64,000 bases of DNA, taken from contig OZ255842.1 in assembly GCA_965277805.1 (NCBI GenBank), positions 4,192,001 through 4,256,000 on the forward strand, written 5' to 3'. Shown here piece by piece: positions 57,425 to 64,000 of the stretch; position 1 is the stretch's first letter; the number at the start of each line of letters is the position of its first letter. Origin of the DNA: Candidatus Lustribacter sp. GTDB lineage: Bacteria; Vulcanimicrobiota; Vulcanimicrobiia; Vulcanimicrobiales; Vulcanimicrobiaceae. The translations under genes and the position numbers were made by a program. A model generated the notes under the pieces. The model made no database searches. It saw only the letters and a list, made by a program, of their open reading frames with translations, and was not told where the DNA came from.

Positions 57425-60400
57425 GCGCGGATTCGCTCGGATCGTTCCGGTTGAGTTCGGCCGAGATGATCGACGACACGCCCGGTTCTTGCATCGTCAC
57501 GCCGTACATACGCGAGGCGAGTTCCATCGTTTTCTTGTTGTGCGTGACGATCAGCATCTGCGAATCGTTCGAGAGCTCGCGAATCATGGCCGAGAGCCGG
57601 TCGACGTTGGCGTCGTCGAGGGCGGCATCGACCTCGTCGAGCAGATAGAACGGCGACGGCTTGACGCGGATGAGCGCGAAGATCAACGCTGCGGCCGTCA
57701 TCGCGCGTTCGCCGCCCGAGAGCGCCGTCAGCGGCGTCATCTTCTTGCCGGGCGGCTGCACGGCGATTTCGATGCCGGTCTCCGAGAGATGCTCGGGATC
57801 GGTCTGCCACATCTTCGCTTCGCCGCCGGGGAACAATTGGCCGAACGTTTCGGAGAAACGCGCGCTCACCAGCGCGAACGTTTCGTTGAACTGCACTTGA
57901 CTCGAGAGCTCGATCTCGGCGATCGTTGCCAAGAGCGTCTCGCGCGCCTTCTGCAGATCGTCCATCTGCTCGCGCAGGAAGCGCTCGCGTTCGACCAGTT
58001 CGTCACGGTCGGCCTCGGCGTTGAGGTTGACGTTCGCGCTCAAACGCGCGAGCTCTTCGCGCAGCCGCGGCAGCTCGTCGATCACGTCGTCGGGTTCGTT
58101 CGCGTAGCGTTCCACGACGTCGCGCTGCTCGTCGTCGGTCGCCGGATTCTGGGCGAAGGTCTGCACGAGCATGCCGAGTTCGGCATCGATCTCGGCCAAC
58201 CGCCGGCGCGACCCTTCGCCCGCCGCCGTCGCCTCGCGGTCTTCGTTTTGGGCGATGCGCTCGTCGGCTTCGCGCTGCGCCAAGTCGTTGGCGGTCGCTT
58301 CGCGGCGCGCGTTGGCGTCGTTGACCGCGGCGTCGGCCGCCGCCACCGCTTCGCGCGTGACGGCCAAGCGTTCGGATTCCGCCGCGATCGCTTCGCGCAG
58401 CCGTTCGAGTTCGTGCGCGGTCGCCTCGCGCGTTGCCGCGACGCGCTCGGAATCGGCGTCCAGTAAGCCCAAGCGCGTCGCGTGGCCTTCGCGCTCGGTG
58501 TTCAGCGACGCGATCGTTTCGCGCAACGAGCCGGCCTCAGCGGCAACTTCGTGCTGCACGCCTTCCGTCTGCGCGATCGTCTCGCGCGCCGACTCCAGCG
58601 CCGCGACCAGCGCTTCGCGACGTCCTTCCAGATCGTCCGCGTCGAGCGCGGTCCCCTCGAGTGCTGCAAAGGTCTGCTGCGCGGCTTCGAGTTCGTGCTC
58701 GGCCGTCGTGACGCGCTCGCCGATCACGTTGAGTTCACCGTCGATGCGCGCGATCTCGGCTTCCGCGCCGCCGCGGCGCGCGCTGGCATCGCGCAGTGCG
58801 GCTTCGGCTTCGCCGGCCGCCGTTACGGCCGCATCGCGCGCCGCTGCCGCGGCGTCCATGTCGGCTTTGGCCGCGAGGCCGTCGCGTTCGATCGTTTCCA
58901 GCTCGGCGCGCAACTGCGGGATGCGTTCGCGCAGCGACTGCGCCTGCGCGCGCCGGCCGAGGATCGAGCGTTCGCGCCGGTAACGGCCGCCGGTGATCGC
59001 GCCGCCGCCGAGGATCTGTTCGCCCTCGAGCGTGACGATCGAATCGCGGAAGTTCTCGCCGCGCACGAGCGCGATGCCGGTGCGCAGTTCGTCGACCACG
59101 AGCACGCGGCCGACCAGAAACGACACGATCCCGCGGAAGCGCTCTTCGCTGCGCACCAGTTCGTGCGCGTAGCCGACGATGCCGGGGCGGCCTTGCAGCC
59201 GGCCGAGGGTGTGGCCGTCGCGATTCGCCAGCGTGTCGAGCGGCAGAAACGTCGCACGGCCCGCTTCGCGTTCGCGCAAGTAGGCGATCGCGCGTTCCGC
59301 ATCTTCGCTGGTAGCGGTGACGATGTTGGAGAGGCCCGCCCCGAACGCGACGTCGAGCGCGCGCGCGTAGCGTTCGTCGACTTCGATCAGGTTGGAAACC
59401 ACGCCGTGCAACCCGGTGAGATCGCCGCGCGCGGCCGCCTCGACGACGGCGCGCGTGCCGGGAACGTGGCCTTCGAGCGTGGCTTCGAGTTCTTCGATCG
59501 TGTGCAGCCGCGATTCCGACGCGGCCAGGTCGCTCGCGACGCTGCGATAGCGCGCCTGCAGTTCGGCCACGCGCACCGTGGCCGCTTCGCCGCGGGCCAC
59601 TTGCGCCGTTGCCTGTTCGCGCTGCGCCGTTGCGTCGCGTTCGTAACGCGCGATCAGCACGTCGCACTCATCGAGCACCGCGCGCGTTTCAGCCGCGCGC
59701 GCGGTCAGACGCGTGCGCTCGCCGTCCAGCCGGCTGCGTTCGCCGGTGAGGCGCGCGATGTCGCTTTGCGTGCTCGCCAAACGCGCCCGGCGTTCGGCCT
59801 CGCTCGCCGCGCGTTCGGCGACGATCGCCTCGACCGCGCGTAAGTCGGCGTAGATCGTGTCGAGTGCGCCGCGCGCATCGGCCACGGCTTGCGTGGCAAC
59901 GGCCTCGCGCGTGCGCACTTCGTCGGCGCGCAACGTCAGGGGATCGAGCTGCGCGGTCAGTTCTTCGATGCGCGCACGCAGGCGTTCGCGCTCGCTCTCG
60001 ACGCGGTCGCGGTCGGCGATGCTGGCGTGCGACTGCGCGTCGAGCGCGTCGCGGCGCGCGGCGGCGGCGGCGAGATCGGCTTCGATGCGCGATGTCACCT
60101 CGCGCGTGCGCTGCGCTTCGACGCGGCGTTCTTCGCGTTCGAGTTCGAGCGTATAGAGTTTCGAGCGCAGCGTTTCGGCTTCGGCGCCCAGCGTCGCGGC
60201 GCGCGCGGCCGCGCCGGCGCGAATGTCTTCGTTGCGCGACGCATCGGCGGCGACGCGTTCGCGTTCTTCGCGCCGCGACGCGCTCGCGCGCAAGTACGAA
60301 AGGATCTCGAGATCGCGCACGCGGGCGGTCACGCGCCGATAGCGTTTTGCTCGGCGCACTTGCGTATCGAGCTCGGGCACGCGGCGTTCGAGTTCGGCCA

Positions 60401-60983
60401 GCAAATCGTTGACGCGGATCGCGTTCTGTTCGGTCGCATCGAGCCGGCGCATCGATTCCGCTTTCCGGGCGAGGAATTTGCCGATGCCGGCGGTCTCTTC
60501 GAAGAGCGCCCGGCGTTCGGTCGGCTTCGAGGAGAGGATCGCGTCGATCTGACCTTGCGAGACGATCGCATACGAACCCGGCCCGAGACCCGTGCCCATC
60601 AGCATCTCGATCACGTCGCGCAACCGCACCGCGCTGCGGTTGATGAAGAATTCCGATTCGCCGACCCGGTAGGCGCGGCGCGTGATCTGGACTTCGGCGA
60701 AGTCGAGCGGCAAGGCGCGGTCGCTGTTGTCGAACGTCAGCGAGACCTCGGCCATGCCGAGCGGCTTGCGCGTCGTGTTGCCGGCAAAGATGACGTCTTC
60801 CAGATGCTGCGAGCGCAGCTGGCGCGTGTTCTGCTCGCCCAGCACCCAGCGGATCGCGTCGACGAGGTTCGACTTGCCCGAGCCGTTCGGGCCGACGACC
60901 GCCGTGATCCCCGCGTTGAACTCGAGCGTGGTGGACTCGGCGAACGTCTTGAAGCCGAAAACTTTGAGGGTTTTGAGTCGCAT
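57399..60983 (-). CDS. smc: chromosome segregation protein SMC
   Basis: GFK.F, GPNGSGKSN, Q-loop, coiled coils with hinge 'GRATFLPL', LSGGE and LDEVDAALD. Confidence 0.98.
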   Translation of the reverse strand: MRLKTLKVFGFKTFAESTTLEFNAGITAVVGPNGSGKSNLVDAIRWVLGEQNTRQLRSQHLEDVIFAGNTTRKPLGMAEVSLTFDNSDRALPLDFAEVQITRRAYRVGESEFFINRSAVRLRDVIEMLMGTGLGPGSYAIVSQGQIDAILSSKPTERRALFEETAGIGKFLARKAESMRRLDATEQNAIRVNDLLAELERRVPELDTQVRRAKRYRRVTARVRDLEILSYLRASASRREERERVAADASRNEDIRAGAAARAATLGAEAETLRSKLYTLELEREERRVEAQRTREVTSRIEADLAAAAARRDALDAQSHASIADRDRVESERERLRARIEELTAQLDPLTLRADEVRTREAVATQAVADARGALDTIYADLRAVEAIVAERAASEAERRARLASTQSDIARLTGERSRLDGERTRLTARAAETRAVLDECDVLIARYERDATAQREQATAQVARGEAATVRVAELQARYRSVASDLAASESRLHTIEELEATLEGHVPGTRAVVEAAARGDLTGLHGVVSNLIEVDERYARALDVAFGAGLSNIVTATSEDAERAIAYLREREAGRATFLPLDTLANRDGHTLGRLQGRPGIVGYAHELVRSEERFRGIVSFLVGRVLVVDELRTGIALVRGENFRDSIVTLEGEQILGGGAITGGRYRRERSILGRRAQAQSLRERIPQLRAELETIERDGLAAKADMDAAAAARDAAVTAAGEAEAALRDASARRGGAEAEIARIDGELNVIGERVTTAEHELEAAQQTFAALEGTALDADDLEGRREALVAALESARETIAQTEGVQHEVAAEAGSLRETIASLNTEREGHATRLGLLDADSERVAATREATAHELERLREAIAAESERLAVTREAVAAADAAVNDANARREATANDLAQREADERIAQNEDREATAAGEGSRRRLAEIDAELGMLVQTFAQNPATDDEQRDVVERYANEPDDVIDELPRLREELARLSANVNLNAEADRDELVERERFLREQMDDLQKARETLLATIAEIELSSQVQFNETFALVSARFSETFGQLFPGGEAKMWQTDPEHLSETGIEIAVQPPGKKMTPLTALSGGERAMTAAALIFALIRVKPSPFYLLDEVDAALDDANVDRLSAMIRELSNDSQMLIVTHNKKTMELASRMYGVTMQEPGVSSIISAELNRNDPSESAREEALVAG

Positions 60984-60989
60984 CGGTAG

Positions 60990-61778
60990 TTAGGGTGCCT
61001 TCGTTCGATTGCGGGACGGGCGAAGCGCGATGACGCGCCCCTCCGGTGGGGGTGACGGCGGCGGTGATTCCGGCGGCTCGGGTTCGGGATGACGGTTGCG
61101 CAGGTATGCCAGTGCCATGGCGGCCGCACTCTGCTGAGCCGCTTTCTTCGACGCCCCGATGCCTTCGCCCACGATCTCATCGGCAATTCGAACCTGAGAG
61201 GTGAAGCGCCGGTCGTGCGGCGGGCCCTCGGCCCGCTCGAAGTAGATCGGGGCCACAGCGAACCGGGCCTGGGTGAACTCCTGGAGGGCGGTCTTGGCGT
61301 CGCTGTCGGCGGCGTCGGCGTGGTCGGCGTGCACGAAGTGCTGCGCTTCGAGGAAGCGGGCCACGCGTTCCACGTCGGTCGCGAGATACAGCGCCCCGAT
61401 GTAGGCCTCGAAGACGTCGGCCAGCACCGAGGTGTTGGATGCGCCGCCGTCCTGCTGCATGCCGACCCCCAGGCGCACGATGTCGCCCAGGTCGAGGCGC
61501 CGGGCCGACTGGGCGCAGGCGTCGCCGCTGACGATCGATGCGCGGCGGCGGCTCAGTTCGCCCTCGCCGGCATCGGGGTAGCGGCTCCAGAGCCAGCGCG
61601 AGGTGAGAAAGCCGAGGATCGCGTCGCCGAAGAACTCGAGCCGCTGGTTGGAGGGGCCTGCGCCTTCGCTCGATGCGCTCTCGTGCACGAACGCCGCTTC
61701 GACCGCCGACGGATCCAGTTCGGGCGCACCGCTCAGCTTGAGCAGCGCGGTGATGCGGCGCCTATGCTGGGATGACAT
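60990..61778 (-). CDS. rnc: ribonuclease III
   Basis: 'N.RLEF.GD', 'AD.FEA.IGA', dsRBD 'KT.LQE...GP.H...F...G.G.SKK.A.Q'; lies between fabF and smc. Confidence 0.95.
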   Translation of the reverse strand: MSSQHRRRITALLKLSGAPELDPSAVEAAFVHESASSEGAGPSNQRLEFFGDAILGFLTSRWLWSRYPDAGEGELSRRRASIVSGDACAQSARRLDLGDIVRLGVGMQQDGGASNTSVLADVFEAYIGALYLATDVERVARFLEAQHFVHADHADAADSDAKTALQEFTQARFAVAPIYFERAEGPPHDRRFTSQVRIADEIVGEGIGASKKAAQQSAAAMALAYLRNRHPEPEPPESPPPSPPPEGRVIALRPSRNRTKAP

Positions 61779-63015
61779 GGCGCGCAAAGACGACGGTCGC
61801 GTTGTGGCCGCCGAAACCGAAGCCGTTGGAGATCGCGACGTTCACTTGCGCGTCGCGCGCGACGTTCGGAACGTAATCGAGCCGGCATTCGGGATCCGGG
61901 AATTCGTAGTTGATCGTCGGCGGAAGGATGCCATGGTAGAGCGCGAGCGCGCACGCCGACGCTTCAACCGCACCGGCCGCGCCGAGCAAGTGCCCGTGCA
62001 TCGATTTGGTCGAACTGACCGCGAGCTTCGCCGCGTGCTCGCCGAACACGGTTTCGATCGCTTGCGATTCGGCGAGATCGCCGAGCGGCGTCGACGTGCC
62101 GTGCGCGTTGACGTAGCCGACGCGTTCTTTGCTGATGCCGCTGTTCACGAGGGCGCGTTCCATCGCCAAGATCACGCCTTGCGATGCGGGGTCGGGCTGC
62201 GCGATGTGATACGCGTCGCCCGATTGTCCGTAGCCCAAAACTTCGGCATAAATGCGCGCGCCGCGCGCCAGCGCGAACTCGCGTTCCTCCAGCACCAGTA
62301 TGGCCGAACCTTCGCCGAGCACGAAGCCGTCGCGCTGCAGATCGAACGGGCGGCTCGCGCGTTCGGGTTCGTCGTTGCGGCGCGAGAGCGCCTTCATCGA
62401 ATCGAAACCGCCCATCGCCGTCGGCATCACCGTCGCTTCGCTGCCGCCGGTGACGATCGCGATCGCTTGACCGAGCGCGATCTTATCGAACGCCACCGCA
62501 AACGCATCGTTAGAACTCGCGCACGCGCTGGCCACCGAAAACACCGGGCCGCGCAAACCGTGCGCCATCGAGATGTGCGCCGCCGCCGCATTCGACATCA
62601 GCATCGGCACGAAGAACGGCGAGATGCGATCCCAGGCGGTGTTGGGCGCCACCGCGACGACGGTGTCTTCAACCGTGATGATGCCGCCGATGCCGCTGGC
62701 CACGATCGAGCCGGTGCGCGCGCGCACGTCGGGGTCGGCCGGAAAGTTCGCATCGGCCAGCGCTTCGGCGGCCGCGACGACGGCGAAGTGCGCGTAGCGG
62801 TCCATGCGCCGCGCTTCCTTGCGTCCCAGCAACGCGTCGGCATCGAAGTTCTTGACCTCGGCCGCGATGTGGGTGTGCAACTTGGAAGAATCGTACGCGG
62901 TAATCAACGCCACGCCACTGCGCCCCGCTACGAGGGCTTCCCAAAAAGCGTCCCGCGTGTTGCCCAGTGGCGTAACCGCCCCGATCCCGGTAATGACGAC
63001 TCGCCGCTTCTCCAA
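61762..63015 (-). CDS. fabF: beta-ketoacyl-ACP synthase II
   Basis: 'RVVITG.G.VTPLG', catalytic 'SACAS', 'NAHGTST', 'KSM.GH.LGA' and 'N.FGFGG.N'. Confidence 0.97.
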   Translation of the reverse strand: MEKRRVVITGIGAVTPLGNTRDAFWEALVAGRSGVALITAYDSSKLHTHIAAEVKNFDADALLGRKEARRMDRYAHFAVVAAAEALADANFPADPDVRARTGSIVASGIGGIITVEDTVVAVAPNTAWDRISPFFVPMLMSNAAAAHISMAHGLRGPVFSVASACASSNDAFAVAFDKIALGQAIAIVTGGSEATVMPTAMGGFDSMKALSRRNDEPERASRPFDLQRDGFVLGEGSAILVLEEREFALARGARIYAEVLGYGQSGDAYHIAQPDPASQGVILAMERALVNSGISKERVGYVNAHGTSTPLGDLAESQAIETVFGEHAAKLAVSSTKSMHGHLLGAAGAVEASACALALYHGILPPTINYEFPDPECRLDYVPNVARDAQVNVAISNGFGFGGHNATVVFARHVIPA

Positions 63016-63050
63016 AACGTGCGGGGATACGACGACTCCGCAGCGACCCC

Positions 63051-64000
63051 ATGCACATGCCCCGCTTCCCGTCCGGCCCCGGCACCCTCGAAGCGTTCCG
63101 CGGAATGCTCCCAGCGCGCGGAATGACCGGCTTTCCCGCTTTTTTCGAGCGCACGGCCGCCCGCTACGGGCCGATCGCCAGCTCCCGGATGGGCCGTAGC
63201 CGCTTCTACTACGTGAGCGAGCCGGCCGCGATCGAGGACGTGCTCGTGACCGCGGGGCGCTCCTACATCAAGGGGCGCGGCACCCAGCGGCTCGAGCGGC
63301 TGCTCGGGAAAGGGCTGCTGACCAGTAACGGCGCCCTGCACCTGCGCCAGCGCCGGCTGGTCCAGCCGGCCTTCCACCGGGAGCGGATCGCCGGCTACGC
63401 CGCGACCATGGTGGCGCGGGCCGAGCGTTTTGCCGAGGAACTGGCGCCGGACGAGCCGGTCGACATGGCGGCCGCCCTCGCGCGGCTGACCCTCGGCATC
63501 ACCGCGGAGACGCTCTTCGGAGCCGACGTCGACGATGACGCCGGCACCATCGGACGGGCCCTGAACGAGGCGATGGTGAGCTTCCCGATCTCGCTCACGC
63601 CCGTCGGCGAGCTGCTCGACCACCTGCCCTGGGTGCCCATCGTGCGGCGCTTCCTCGATGCCCGGGCGCAGTTGGACGCGATCGTCTACCGGCTGATCGA
63701 CGCGCGGCGCGCCGCGGATCGCCGGGCGGGCGGCAATGAGGCGCCGGACGTGCTCGGCATGTTGCTGGCGGCCGGCGACGCCGAGGGCGGCATGGGAATC
63801 GAGCAGATCCGCGACGAGGTGATGACGATCTTCCTGGCCGGCCACGAGACCACGGCCATGGCCCTGACCTGGACGTTTTGGCTGCTGGCGCAGCATCCGG
63901 ACGTCGAGACGCTCCTGCGGGCCGAGCTCGCGACCGTGCTCGCGGGCCGGTTGCCCACGGTCGGCGACGTGCCGGCGCTACGCTACACCCGCGACGTGAT
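63051..64000 (+). CDS. cytochrome P450 (3' partial; absent from the ORF track)
   Basis: Hand translation from ATG 63051 gives 'LLGKGLLTSNG..H.RQRRL.QPAFH' and I-helix 'DEVMTIFLAGHETTA.AL.W'; open to the window edge. Confidence 0.93.
   Translation, partial: MHMPRFPSGPGTLEAFRGMLPARGMTGFPAFFERTAARYGPIASSRMGRSRFYYVSEPAAIEDVLVTAGRSYIKGRGTQRLERLLGKGLLTSNGALHLRQRRLVQPAFHRERIAGYAATMVARAERFAEELAPDEPVDMAAALARLTLGITAETLFGADVDDDAGTIGRALNEAMVSFPISLTPVGELLDHLPWVPIVRRFLDARAQLDAIVYRLIDARRAADRRAGGNEAPDVLGMLLAAGDAEGGMGIEQIRDEVMTIFLAGHETTAMALTWTFWLLAQHPDVETLLRAELATVLAGRLPTVGDVPALRYTRDV

Noticed and set aside
57900-60400. GCGC-rich quasi-repeats suggesting a tandem repeat or array
   Set aside because: Explained by Ala/Arg/Glu-rich SMC coiled-coil codons

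Overview
A gene-dense, high-GC chromosomal backbone segment from a diderm bacterium with Firmicutes-like gene order. My inference is Candidatus Eremiobacterota/Vulcanimicrobiota; I cannot verify this here. Housekeeping content: a complete F1Fo ATP synthase operon (atpI-B-E-F'-F-H-A-G-D-C) preceded by glyA, upp, dCMP deaminase, a WecA/TagO-type transferase and wecB; a 14-gene overlapping hisS-accB-ADP-heptose/LPS-aspS operon; and fabF-rnc-smc-purH. Features missing from the ORF track: a 6S RNA (21140-21327, minus strand) and a cytochrome P450 running off the right edge. Accessory content: four SsuA/NMT1-type binding proteins, a hydantoinase/oxoprolinase pair, a membrane GGDEF-EAL protein and a DgcA/DgcN-like D-glutamate module with a peptide-binding lipoprotein and a C39-like peptidase. 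Best candidates for novelty: (1) a five-gene module at 51.7-54.4 kb with an orphan Xre-like regulator, a STAS protein with Cys at the phospho-Ser site, a SigB/SigF-like promoter, a GntA/DcsA-family heme guanidine N-hydroxylase, a DUF1989 protein and a Fet4-like protein; (2) a CPD photolyase with two of the three Trp-triad residues replaced by Tyr; (3) non-canonical ATP synthase motifs; (4) apparent within-gene patches of altered codon/oligonucleotide usage. I found no CRISPR array, tRNA, rRNA or mobile element. All calls are by-eye motif recognition, and start codons are best estimates.
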